The position numbers and the translations under genes were made by a program. A DNA stretch of 64,000 bases from Candidatus Latescibacterota bacterium. Its GTDB lineage: Bacteria > Latescibacterota > UBA2968 > GCA-2709665. The notes beneath the pieces were generated by a model. That model saw nothing but the letters and a program-made list of their open reading frames with translations. It did no database searches and was not told where the DNA came from. Where the stretch lies: contig CAXXXF010000016.1 of the NCBI GenBank assembly GCA_963667175.2, forward strand, positions 160,001 through 224,000, given 5' to 3'. Numbering within the stretch: the first letter of the stretch is position 1; every line of letters begins with the position of its first letter. Below, piece by piece: positions 39,968-49,385 of the stretch.

Positions 39968-41896
39968 CTACTGCGAGTTTTCGAAATCCTGAAGACCCAC
40001 CTGACAGACTTCGAACCCGGCGGCATAATACAGCGAGCCGTTGACCACCCTCAGATGTTCGCCCTTGCCGTCGATAAGCCGAATGAATTCAATGGACTCC
40101 GCGCCCACTTCCAATTGACCGATCCCTTCATCGGCAGACGTCCACACAATGCCCGTGGCCGGATTGAGCACCACTTCCCGGCAACCGGCCGGAGCCTGTC
40201 CCAGATCGCGCAGGTTGCCCGTTTGCGCGTTCCACGCGTAGAAGCGACTCCTCTGAAGCGCGAGCACCTCCCCGGTAGGCAGGACGACCATGACCCTGGC
40301 GGCGCCCTCGCCTTCCTGAATCGCCCGTGAACGGTCGACCGCAAGCCGATCCATGTCAAACGATACCAGCATGGCCGTGGTTTGCGTTGGCGGCGCCGAG
40401 TTCGCATCGGCGAAGATCTCGGTTCCGCAGTAGATCCGGCGGCGTTTCGAATCCACCAGCAGGGAGTTCACCTTCTGGTCCTCGACGATATGCCGCCAGA
40501 CCCGGATTTCGCCGGTCTCCGGATCGATCCGGCTGAGCGCGCCGCCGAGGTGCCCGTATTCCGGACTGGTGGACATCCAGACGTACCGTCCGTCGTGAAG
40601 CAGCCCCGTGGGCCTCATCTGCCCTTCGCGCTGCGCGCTGGCCAGCACTCGCGGGTTGTCCGGCCAGTCCGGTTGCGCCGTCGGATCGAATGCCGTTACC
40701 GCGGACGTCGTATAGCTGCTTTGCAGCACGTGCTGTGTGATCGGCTCCCAGATGATCTGGTTGATCTGCCCCCCGCCCGGCGCCGCGCGTCCGCAGTCCC
40801 TCCCTTTTCCTGTTTCCGTGTCAATCATCCAGAACCGCTGGTTGATAAACGGCGCCCCGACGATCATCTTCCGATCCGGTACAGGGCATAGCGCGTGCGC
40901 GGCCATGGGACCGGTGGATTCCAGGTCTATACTGTCCGTCCGCCCCGTTACCACGTCGAATTTGAGCGCAAGGCCGGAGATGGTCACGCCGCACACGGCG
41001 GTCTCTCCCCAGGGATGCAGGGTTGCGGGTCCGCCGTCCGACCAGTCCGGCCCCGCCACGTCCCATTTTTCCGCTTTGCGGTCGAGAACGTAGAGGCTGC
41101 CGTCGGCAGAGCTGTACGCATAAAGACGGCCGCCGGCAACACAGGCCTTTCCACCCAGCCCCCCCTGCTCGGGACGCCCAATACGCTGATTCAGTTCGAA
41201 GCCCGGATACGCCATGAAGTGTAATTCGCCCCTGACAAACGCTGCAAGCGTCTCTTTGTCCCAGAAAAAGGCGTCGGTCGTGGAACCCACGCCCCGGATG
41301 TTTTCAGGCGTGTGGGACTCCGCGGACATGGTTTCCAGGTTCAGCAGGACCAGCCGCGCCTGCGGTACATTGATGGCGAGAAGGACACGCCCGTCCGGCG
41401 CCTCCACGACGTTGTGACCGTAGAGCGCCGTCGGGTATTCCGTATCTATCGGGCGAAAGACCTTGACCAGCCGCGACTCCCGCCAGTCGTACACGCCGAC
41501 GTGCCCCGGCGACGCTTCCCACACCGCGTACCGGTCCGTCACACAGCCGCCCCATGTAATGGACGTCAATTCGCCGGTTACCAGGATTTCAAAACCATCG
41601 GCAACCGGATCGTACCGGACCAGGTCTCCATTGCCGCAGCCGAGGTAGAGGCAGCCGTCGGCCGCGGTTCTCAACATGTAGGCTCCCGGGATGCCTGCCG
41701 GGAGCTCCCGCATCCCCCTGGATCCGGTGTCCGGATTCCAGAAGTAGATACGACCGCCCGAGCTTCCGCCCCAGACGCTGCTCACAAGATGGTCGTCACC
41801 GAGAAACCGGACCTTTGCCACCTCGGCGTTGATGAACGGCAGACGGCTGTGAGGAATGGGATAGCGTTTCATGGTAGCCATCGTCCCTCCGATCAT
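39968..41896 (-). CDS. Hypothetical beta-propeller protein
   Basis: Long ORF with repeated YxG/xYDP/DPETG propeller-like motifs; no clear signal peptide. Confidence 0.8.
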   Translation of the reverse strand: MIGGTMATMKRYPIPHSRLPFINAEVAKVRFLGDDHLVSSVWGGSSGGRIYFWNPDTGSRGMRELPAGIPGAYMLRTAADGCLYLGCGNGDLVRYDPVADGFEILVTGELTSITWGGCVTDRYAVWEASPGHVGVYDWRESRLVKVFRPIDTEYPTALYGHNVVEAPDGRVLLAINVPQARLVLLNLETMSAESHTPENIRGVGSTTDAFFWDKETLAAFVRGELHFMAYPGFELNQRIGRPEQGGLGGKACVAGGRLYAYSSADGSLYVLDRKAEKWDVAGPDWSDGGPATLHPWGETAVCGVTISGLALKFDVVTGRTDSIDLESTGPMAAHALCPVPDRKMIVGAPFINQRFWMIDTETGKGRDCGRAAPGGGQINQIIWEPITQHVLQSSYTTSAVTAFDPTAQPDWPDNPRVLASAQREGQMRPTGLLHDGRYVWMSTSPEYGHLGGALSRIDPETGEIRVWRHIVEDQKVNSLLVDSKRRRIYCGTEIFADANSAPPTQTTAMLVSFDMDRLAVDRSRAIQEGEGAARVMVVLPTGEVLALQRSRFYAWNAQTGNLRDLGQAPAGCREVVLNPATGIVWTSADEGIGQLEVGAESIEFIRLIDGKGEHLRVVNGSLYYAAGFEVCQVGLQDFENSQ

Positions 41897-42005
41897 ACGA
41901 ACGACGTTAAATTGCGGTCATGGAACATCGCGGAAACGACAAGAGTCCAATTAGACTTGATCCAACTCCCTGTTGCACAGATTAATAGATCAATATCCTA
42001 CTTCG

Positions 42006-42623
42006 TTACTCTATATGCCTTCGCACTTCGATGACCTTGCCCAGGACGGAAAACGGTTCTCCTTCCTCGCTGGGGATAATGGATTCGAAGAACTCGTTCT
42101 CCGGATGCAGCTCGATTCGCCCGCCTGTCTCCCGGTATCTTTTGACCGTCGCCTCCTCTCCCACCAGGGCCACGACAATGTCGCCCGATCTGGCCGCCTG
42201 CTGCCGGCGGACAATGACAATATCGCCGTGCAGGATGCCGGCCCTGAGCATGCTGTCCCCCTGGACCGTCAGGGCGAAGAGCTCCCCGCTCTCGTACCGG
42301 GTCTGCTGCACCGGAAGATAGTCTTCCGGATTCTGAATGGCCGCGGTGAGGTCCCCGGCCTGGACCCGCCCCAGCACGGGAATCAGGCGGGACGCACGCA
42401 AGCCGCCCATTTTGGGCAGGCGGTGGGACCTGGCCTTGCCGGAGTCCTTGACCAGCCTGCCCTCCTGAACCAGCGCCTCCAGATGCTGGCGCGCCGACTG
42501 AACCGCCCTGAACCCGAACGCTTTCTGCACCTCTCGCGTGCTGGGCGGGGCGCCGTTGAGGATCCGCTCCCTCACGAACTCGTAGATTTTCTCGCGCGTC
42601 TGACCGGGCGGCGTATAGGCCAT
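42006..42623 (-). CDS. lexA: SOS repressor LexA
   Basis: PPSTREV HTH, VQAG cleavage site, GDSM (Ser) and ATVKR (Lys) motifs. Confidence 0.93.
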   Translation of the reverse strand: MAYTPPGQTREKIYEFVRERILNGAPPSTREVQKAFGFRAVQSARQHLEALVQEGRLVKDSGKARSHRLPKMGGLRASRLIPVLGRVQAGDLTAAIQNPEDYLPVQQTRYESGELFALTVQGDSMLRAGILHGDIVIVRRQQAARSGDIVVALVGEEATVKRYRETGGRIELHPENEFFESIIPSEEGEPFSVLGKVIEVRRHIE

Positions 42624-42683
42624 CGTACGGTCCTGAGTTAGATCTTCGACAGGTCGCTGGCAACCGGATGGATTAAAAAAAAC

Positions 42684-42705
42684 AGACAAATATCTGTCTT
42701 GTCAA
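42684..42705 (-). promoter_or_regulatory. Candidate LexA operator AGACA-N6-TGTCT abutting a TTGACA -35 element
   Basis: AGACAAATATCTGTCT at 42684-42699; minus-strand TTGACA at 42705-42700. Confidence 0.55.
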
Positions 42706-42852
42706 GGGAATTCCGGCAGATCTGACGTTCGGTAGGGCAATGAATATGCGCAAACCGACGGGATGAACTGGATTCAGGGCATTGGGGTGGAGTCTGGCTT
42801 GTTTATGTTTCCCAACCCTGCCCCGAAGCCAGGATGACCGTTAGACGGGAAT

Positions 42853-43239
42853 TCAACCGGAATGAGCAGGCGCCGGGCGTTCCGGCAGTTCCTGTTGACG
42901 CGGCCGACGTCTTTCATTGGGTTGAGCGGATCGTCTGACTTCGATATTGCATTCGAGTCTGTCCTGCAGAATGCGGAGGATATGCGTGAGATTATCCATT
43001 GTCGGATTACCTTTTGCCGATAACATACGATGGACACTCTTGCTGGGTTTGTCGAGCTTCTTCGCCAATGATTCGAAGCCGATCGTTGAATTCACGAGTT
43101 CACGAAGAACAAGGCGGGCAGTCTCGGGATCCCCGCTTAGAAATGATGAAATCGCTTCATTCATCAGGGATGAAGCGAAATCCGGGTCTCTTCCCGCCCG
43201 TTCCCTGACAGTCTGCTTGAAATCACGCGTAAGCGCCAT
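42853..43239 (-). CDS. HTH addiction-module antitoxin
   Basis: MALTRDFKQTV..RDPDFA..GFESLA..KSVHRMLSAKGNPT motif. Confidence 0.85.
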   Translation of the reverse strand: MALTRDFKQTVRERAGRDPDFASSLMNEAISSFLSGDPETARLVLRELVNSTIGFESLAKKLDKPSKSVHRMLSAKGNPTMDNLTHILRILQDRLECNIEVRRSAQPNERRRPRQQELPERPAPAHSG

Positions 43240-43256
43240 ATTCAGCTCCTCGATTT

Positions 43257-43395
43257 TTATTCGCGAATCAGTTCCATTGCTCTTTCAATATCCCGTTGTT
43301 GTCGTTTTTTTGTTCCGCCGCCCAATAACACGACAAGGTCGTCACCATCCTGGAGCAAATAGATTCGATACCCTGGTCCCCAGTCAATCCTGTTA
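43257..43395 (-). pseudogene. RelE-like addiction-module toxin, C-terminal fragment
   Basis: Manual translation [44 protein letters not shown]; N-terminal half absent. Confidence 0.8.
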
Positions 43396-43733
43396 TTGAC
43401 CCGTTCAATTCAGAAACATGGATGAACAGGATACGCAGGATAAAACCATAAAGCCGGGAGCGCCTTCTCAGGCGTCACCAATCGCGACATGTCCCGCGTC
43501 CCTACCAGCCAGTGAGTGATTAAATCGACAATCCTGATCTCGCGAGAATGAAGCTTGTGGAGAGGGCGGGATGTCCTCGCTCGCGCACAAACGCGGACGT
43601 TGGTGAGATAAAGAAGGCATCGCAGACCCCGTCTCCGGAGGCAGGGCGCCTGCAGAGCGGCTTTTTCAACGGACTGTTATGGTGTTGTTTTTATATACAC
43701 TTAAATATCTATTGCGTGCGCAATTGATACGGC

Positions 43734-43762
43734 TTGACCGAAATCCATTCCGCCATTATATT
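43734..43762 (+). promoter_or_regulatory. sigma70-type promoter of the protease gene
   Basis: TTGACC-N17-TATATT. Confidence 0.55.
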
Positions 43763-43899
43763 TCGGTAGTGAAAACGACTCGCTGATGGAATTGTGTCAG
43801 AATCGTCTTCAATCAGGTTAAGGACTTCTTCCTTCCGCACCTGATCATCGGGACTATGGACGCATTCATCAACCAATCGCTACTCGAGGAGATGGCGGC

Positions 43900-44913
43900 A
43901 TGGCGACTCGTGAAGAAGCGGATCTTGCGTTGCAGGCACATCAGGAAACCCTCCTTAAGAATCCCAATGTAGCGTATATCAGCACGGTTGCCCGAAGCCC
44001 CGAAGAAGGGGTCGATCAAAATTACATCATCGAAGTGGGCCTCATGGAAGAGGAATTGGAATTCGACACCGATGTCCGGAGTGATGCGCCGGGACTCCAT
44101 TCAGGATTGGATTTTCCACGGATCCCCAGGTACCTGGAGATACCTCGCAAAGATAGCGCAATGGTGGCGGATGCTCTTCAGGGCGAAAGAACGATCGAAG
44201 TAGAGGTCGTCGTCTGTGGAGACGTCGGCATAGAGTCCTTCCTGTGTAACCGCCGCCCGGCCGAAGGCGGCAATAGCTGTGGTAATCCGAGAAGTAACAG
44301 CGTCGGGACACTTGGGATGGCGTTTCAACTGGATGGAAAGGTCTACGTTCTGTCCAATTGGCATGTTCTCTACGGTAACGGAGGTTCCATCGGCGACCCC
44401 ATCATTCAACCGGGGCGCGGAGACGGCGGTACCGTACCTTCAGATATTATCGCACACAACACCAAAGGATGGTTGGACAGATTCAGGGACGCTGCAATTG
44501 CATCGGTTCGGAATCCCTGGAACTCATTCGTTGCAGCTGGCACGCGCTGTTTTGGTGCGATTGCCGGCTTCGGCACTGCGACGAACAATATGAACGTCAA
44601 CAAATGCGGTCGCACAACGCGGGCGACAAGCGGAGTGGTCCGGTCGACAAACGCGACCGTAAGGGTACGCGGCTATCCAGATGGTAGCCGTGTGTTTTAC
44701 GATCAAATGCAGTTAAGCAGAATGAGCGCCCGTGGCGACTCGGGATCGGTGATTCAGGAGCAACAAGGCAACAGAGTTGTGGGGCTCCTGTTTGCGGGAT
44801 CAAAAAGCTCGACGTTCGCCAATAAAATCGAACGCATATTCAAAACCAGCGGAACGAATGTTGAATACGATGCGGAGACGATTCCGGAGCCAGTACTTGA
44901 TTTACGTGATTAA
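43900..44913 (+). CDS. Trypsin-like (S1/PA clan) serine protease with N-terminal domain
   Basis: GTLG, LSNWHV (His), RDAAIA (Asp), KCGRTT and GDSGS (Ser) motifs. Confidence 0.88.
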   Translation: MATREEADLALQAHQETLLKNPNVAYISTVARSPEEGVDQNYIIEVGLMEEELEFDTDVRSDAPGLHSGLDFPRIPRYLEIPRKDSAMVADALQGERTIEVEVVVCGDVGIESFLCNRRPAEGGNSCGNPRSNSVGTLGMAFQLDGKVYVLSNWHVLYGNGGSIGDPIIQPGRGDGGTVPSDIIAHNTKGWLDRFRDAAIASVRNPWNSFVAAGTRCFGAIAGFGTATNNMNVNKCGRTTRATSGVVRSTNATVRVRGYPDGSRVFYDQMQLSRMSARGDSGSVIQEQQGNRVVGLLFAGSKSSTFANKIERIFKTSGTNVEYDAETIPEPVLDLRD

Positions 44914-45089
44914 CCTAAATTCGAAAAAAGACAACCGTTAAATTCGCCACAAAACGCACAAAAAGGCACAAAGGGTATCGCTGCGAAACGGACCGGAGAG
45001 GTCGTCCGGAAGGACGTTTATTCCGTCCACGTCCAGTGACCTGAAGCACCCTGAAAATCCGACGTCAAATCGCCTTTATTCACCTGCGT

Positions 45090-45476
45090 TTATTCGAATG
45101 AACGTTCCCGAAGAAGTAGAGTCGCCGAGCGCAAGTGCCGTGGTCCGCTTCTAAACGAGCCACCACGCCTTACGCATGTTGCGTCAAATACGTTCGGCCG
45201 GCAGGCGTCGTTCTTCCACGCCGACCCGTCTGCCGGCGCGCCTGCATAACTGCCGTACCAGCAGTCTTCCACTAACTCTCCTACGTTCCCGTGCGCGTCA
45301 TATAGACCCCACGCGTTGGCGCTGAACGATCCGACAGGGGCAGGATTCGCATCGTCCCAACGGCTGCCGCACCCGTCGCAATTCGCACGGTTGTTCCCTA
45401 TCTGATTTCCCCAATGAAAAAGCGTCGTAGTCCCGGCGCGCGCTACGTACTTCCACTCCGACTCCCGGGGAAGCCG
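45090..45476 (-). pseudogene. FGE-sulfatase (SUMF1) domain C-terminal remnant
   Basis: RLPRESEWKYVARAG..ANCDGC..PVGSFSANAWGLYDAHGNVGELVEDCW..RGGSF; no start codon, degenerate motifs. Confidence 0.75.
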
Positions 45477-45527
45477 TGTGTCCTGATCGTCGCGCGGAAA
45501 GGTTTCGAAATAGAGCCCGTTCCTTGT

Positions 45528-45553
45528 GTAGGGGCGACCGGCCGGTCGCCCCT
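45528..45553. repeat. GTAG-type REP palindrome
   Basis: GTAGGGGCGACCGGCCGGTCGCCCCT. Confidence 0.7.
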
Positions 45554-45596
45554 CCGCATCCGTTTATGCACGGAACTTATTGCGGATCTCCAACCC

Positions 45597-47462
45597 CTAT
45601 TCAAAGATCCATGTCCCGAAGTTCTCGAACTCCACGCCCCGGTTGTAACGGGTCTCCGTCCAGGTGCTGAACTCGAGCACCCGGGTCGTCTGGCGGCGGT
45701 GCGTCCACCGGTGCAGGTTGCCAGTGAGCCGGTGGCCCGGCTTCGGCGTCGCCATGCCCAGCTCCGTCCACGGGACGGCGATTTCAGCCGACCAGGAATC
45801 CGCCTGCTTCCGGATCCCGGACCGAAACGCCCCTTTCCAGGTCGAGTCTCTCCCGTAGATCTCCCTCCCGGTGGCGATGTCGCTGCCGTGCTCCCGCAGT
45901 CCGGTTTCGGTCCGGGAATCCCATCGGGCATTCGCCAGATCCAGCCGAATGTGGTAGTAAGCCGTTGGCGCTTCGTCCGCGGCGATGACCACCTCCACCT
46001 GATCGCCGCGGCCTCCGAGTTCGGTGAACAGTGAGGGATGGGTGTGTTGCATTTCCGGCTCGTCACAGCGGAATCCGATGTACAGCGCCGTGTCATCATA
46101 CGTCATGAGCGCCTCGGTACATGTTTCCAGCGTTTTCGCCCGCGCCGCGACGTAGTTGACGAAGGGGCCTGAAGACACCGCCACTTTCCACGCCTCGTCC
46201 GACAGATCCCCGTCGATGTCCGGCGGGGCGGCGCGCAGGCTCGGGATTTGCAGCATCTTCGGTTGAATCGGCCGTTTCTCGGCGTTGGTCTTTCCCAGGT
46301 GGCCTTTCCGGACAATCTCGTCCACGTCGAAGCCAAGCGGCCTGCCCTGCGCGACTTTTTCCTTCGCAGACCTGAGGGCGCCGTCCAGAAAGCCTGGCAG
46401 GTTCCGCCCGTTCCACCAATCCATGCGCTCGCTGTAGAACCACACGTACCGGTCGCTGCTTGTGAGCGCCCGGTAGGCATTGTGCTCCACCCATCGCGCC
46501 CGTTCTTCGGGTGTGACGTAGGTCGCTTCGGTATGGTTCTCCATGGTTCCGCACAGGTAGTCGGCAAAAACGGCGTGCCCGGCCTGGACGTGACGGCGGT
46601 ACTTGCCGCGAAGGTCCCGGGGAATCAGCGCCTGCCCGGTCTGGTGGATGCGATGGTACGCCCGGAAATAGTGCAACTCGCGGTTGTAGTAATAAGATTG
46701 CTCGTCTCCGTCCACAAAAACGGTTCCGGAATCGGCGGCCTCGAGCATCCCGTTCATGAACGCGGGCAGGAGGCCATAGTAATCCGACTTGAGAATGGCT
46801 TCCCTTCGGGACGGGTCGGTCTCCCGCGCGGCCTCCTGGAAACGAGGCATCGAGGTCCAGAAGAGGGTGAGAATCACTGGCTCGGGAAACTCCTCCTCGA
46901 TCCGGTCCATATACTGAGCACCCCGTTTCCGTACAATCCGTTCGTACTCCGCAAAGCTCTTCGCCTCCCGGTGCTTCTGCCACTCATACTTCCACGCGCA
47001 ATACGGCCGCCCCCAGTAGACGAACTCCGGATCGAAGGCGAGTCCCACGCAACCGCCCACCCGTGCGGCCTTCGCGCACCAGCCGATGTTGCGCAGGAAG
47101 GGGCTGTTCTCACCCCACATCGCATCGTCGAACCAATCCACGTTGTCGTCGCAATGAAAATAGATGAAGTTGTCGGTGAACCTCCGCCATTCGATCCTGC
47201 CCATCGTTTCGATCTCCGCCTCGGCGGCCGTATCGGGGAGATCCACCATGTAGAACGTATGACCGAAGGTGGGGCGGATGATGATGCCGTCGAAGGGGCG
47301 CTTCTCGATCTCCCGGATATGCTCCGCCACGTAAGCCGGCGACTTCAGATCCCATCCCAGCTTGATCAGTTTCTTGGGTAACGCCCCGCCGCATGCTTTC
47401 ACCGGCCGGCCGACCAGCAGCACGAAAACCAGCGAACCTGCGATCACTACCAACTGTATCAT
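45597..47462 (-). CDS. Secreted hypothetical protein with C-terminal CBM9/DOMON-like sugar-binding domain
   Basis: Signal peptide; PDIDGDLSDEAW, YDDTALYIGFRC and WSAEIAVPW motifs. Confidence 0.8.
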   Translation of the reverse strand: MIQLVVIAGSLVFVLLVGRPVKACGGALPKKLIKLGWDLKSPAYVAEHIREIEKRPFDGIIIRPTFGHTFYMVDLPDTAAEAEIETMGRIEWRRFTDNFIYFHCDDNVDWFDDAMWGENSPFLRNIGWCAKAARVGGCVGLAFDPEFVYWGRPYCAWKYEWQKHREAKSFAEYERIVRKRGAQYMDRIEEEFPEPVILTLFWTSMPRFQEAARETDPSRREAILKSDYYGLLPAFMNGMLEAADSGTVFVDGDEQSYYYNRELHYFRAYHRIHQTGQALIPRDLRGKYRRHVQAGHAVFADYLCGTMENHTEATYVTPEERARWVEHNAYRALTSSDRYVWFYSERMDWWNGRNLPGFLDGALRSAKEKVAQGRPLGFDVDEIVRKGHLGKTNAEKRPIQPKMLQIPSLRAAPPDIDGDLSDEAWKVAVSSGPFVNYVAARAKTLETCTEALMTYDDTALYIGFRCDEPEMQHTHPSLFTELGGRGDQVEVVIAADEAPTAYYHIRLDLANARWDSRTETGLREHGSDIATGREIYGRDSTWKGAFRSGIRKQADSWSAEIAVPWTELGMATPKPGHRLTGNLHRWTHRRQTTRVLEFSTWTETRYNRGVEFENFGTWIFE

Positions 47463-47571
47463 GTCGCGCCCTCTGTCTTCCTGCCTGTTGTGCGCGCGAG
47501 AAAGGATGGTCCGCTTCGGTTTCCTCCAGGCGGCGAAACCGCGTCCACCCGCGCATAGGGTGGTTTTCAAA

Positions 47572-47610
47572 CAACAAGGGTTTACGTCGGATTGACATAA
47601 ACCCTTGTTT
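47572..47610. terminator. Hairpin downstream of tRNA-Pro(CGG)
   Basis: ACAAGGGTTTACGTC...GACATAAACCCTTGT inverted repeat. Confidence 0.6.
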
Positions 47611-47616
47611 TAAAAG

Positions 47617-47693
47617 TGGTCGGGGCGCCCGGATTCGAACCGGGGGCCTCCTGCTCCCGAAGCAGGCGCTCTACCGGACTGAGCCACGCCCCG
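47617..47693 (-). tRNA. tRNA-Pro(CGG)
   Basis: CGGGGCGTGGCTCAGTCCGGTAGAGCGCCTGCTTCGGGAGCAGGAGGCCCCCGGTTCGAATCCGGGCGCCCCGACCA. Confidence 0.97.
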
Positions 47694-47825
47694 AATTCAC
47701 CAGTAAAAATACAAGAATCCGCTCTGGCAGCAAGGAAATTCTCCAATTCGCCTCTCATGGGCAGGGGGCGAGAAAACGAACACCCCTTCGCCCCGAGCGC
47801 AGCCAAAGCAGTTTGCCCCCGCAAT

Positions 47826-48824
47826 TCAGCGGCGGGTTTCCGCCAGCCGGTCCAGAACGACCACAACCGCGAAACCCACGACGGCCAGTCCCGCGGCGGC
47901 GGCCAGTTCACCGTCGATCGTGCCGGGCAGGACGTTAATCTGCACGAGCGGTACTTCAGTCCCGCTCGCATCCGGATACGGCGTGGCGTTCTCTTTCCAG
48001 GGCCAGATCTTTCGCAATGAACCGGCCATGAACCCTGTCAGCGTTGCAATGGTCAGGTCATGCTGCCGCCTGAAAATCCAGGCAAGAACCCGCGCGAAAC
48101 TCAGGATCCCGACCGTAGCTCCCGCCGCGAATACGACAATGGGAACAACGTCCCTGTTGTTCAACGCCGCCAGGAGATATTCGTATTTTCCCAGCAGCAC
48201 CAGAATGAAGGAACCGGAGACGCCCGGCAGAATCATCGCCGATATGGCGACGAGCCCGCAGACGAAGAGAAACCACGGAGAATCCGGCGTTTTCACCGGC
48301 ACGAGACCGGCGACGACGTAGAATAACGTTCCCGCGGCAAGGGCGGCGACCCAGGTGGGTCCACGCCACGCCACAACCCGTTTCCTCACGACGAATACGG
48401 AGGCGACCACGAGCCCGAAGAAGAATGCCCAGATCAACTCCGGACGATGTTGGAGCATCCACTGAATTCCTCGTGCCAGTGTCACCACGGCCAACAGGAT
48501 GCCAATGAGAACCGGGCCCAGAAATCGCCACGGAACCCTGTTGATGGCTTCGCGGAACTTGAGCACAAGCAGCAACCTGGCAAAACGACGATCAAAGGAA
48601 CGGATCGAACAAATCAACTCCTGGTAGATTCCCGTAACGAACGCGATCGTGCCGCCTGAAACGCCGGGAACCACGTCCGCCGCACCCATACATACGCCCC
48701 GCATGCCAAGTCCCAGATAGTACGTCCAGGCATCGCGCGCAAATGTCGGTCCCTTACTTTCCACCTGTTCCCGGCCTCCAGGAATCCGCCGCTCCAGTTT
48801 CGAGAACTTCAGGCCATTCGACAA
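47826..48824 (-). CDS. DUF368-family membrane protein
   Basis: MGAADVVPGVSGGTIA and AMILPGVSGS motifs; start codon uncertain. Confidence 0.9.
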   Translation of the reverse strand: MSNGLKFSKLERRIPGGREQVESKGPTFARDAWTYYLGLGMRGVCMGAADVVPGVSGGTIAFVTGIYQELICSIRSFDRRFARLLLVLKFREAINRVPWRFLGPVLIGILLAVVTLARGIQWMLQHRPELIWAFFFGLVVASVFVVRKRVVAWRGPTWVAALAAGTLFYVVAGLVPVKTPDSPWFLFVCGLVAISAMILPGVSGSFILVLLGKYEYLLAALNNRDVVPIVVFAAGATVGILSFARVLAWIFRRQHDLTIATLTGFMAGSLRKIWPWKENATPYPDASGTEVPLVQINVLPGTIDGELAAAAGLAVVGFAVVVVLDRLAETRR

Positions 48825-48857
48825 TGAGGGGCCGGCGGCCCGATGGACTCACCGTAG

Positions 48858-49035
48858 CAGTCCGTTGAAAGAGTCGCTCCGCAGGCGAGGCCGAGCCATT
48901 GTGGCCGAAGACAAGGCGCACGACCGACGCGAATCCCTGGACTCGGGGAGGGAGCGCCTGCCTGCCGCAGGCAGGCAACGCCGTAGTTCGTTCACAAGGG
49001 CCGGACGTAACCCGGATGGACTTTTCAACGGGCTG
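48858..49035. mobile_element. MITE-like non-autonomous element (~178 bp)
   Basis: Imperfect terminal IRs CAGTCCGTTGAAAGAGTC / GACTTTTCAACGGGCTG; related ends at 32064-32088 and 43647-43676. Confidence 0.6.
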
Positions 49036-49102
49036 GTCGGGAAAAACGGTTCGCCATGCGAAAAACAGGGACTCACGATCCAGGTCGTAAGTCCCTGTTG
49101 TA

Positions 49103-49179
49103 TGGTCGGAGCGACTGGATTTGAACCAGCGACCCCTATCACCCCAAGATAGTGCGCTACCGGGCTGCGCCACGCTCCG
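49103..49179 (-). tRNA. tRNA-Pro(GGG)
   Basis: CGGAGCGTGGCGCAGCCCGGTAGCGCACTATCTTGGGGTGATAGGGGTCGCTGGTTCAAATCCAGTCGCTCCGACCA. Confidence 0.96.
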
Positions 49180-49385
49180 ATCTCAACTCGTTTCGCAACG
49201 GGGCAAAAATCTAACGGGTCTTGCCATTTCCGTCAAGGGAAATGTTGCGCGTGAAGCCCGGGCGCCCGGACCCGGCGTCGTGCCCGGGACGCCAGAATCC
49301 CGATCAGGGAACCTGCCGCAGGTCGCCGTCCCGAGAATATTCGGCCGACCGGCAGCCTGTTTCCGGCATAGCACCTCAGCACATT

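Noticed and set aside
45090-45476. FGE/C-type-lectin domain as a diversity-generating retroelement target
   Set aside because: No reverse transcriptase and no second copy (template repeat) seen in the window; it looks like a plain truncated remnant.
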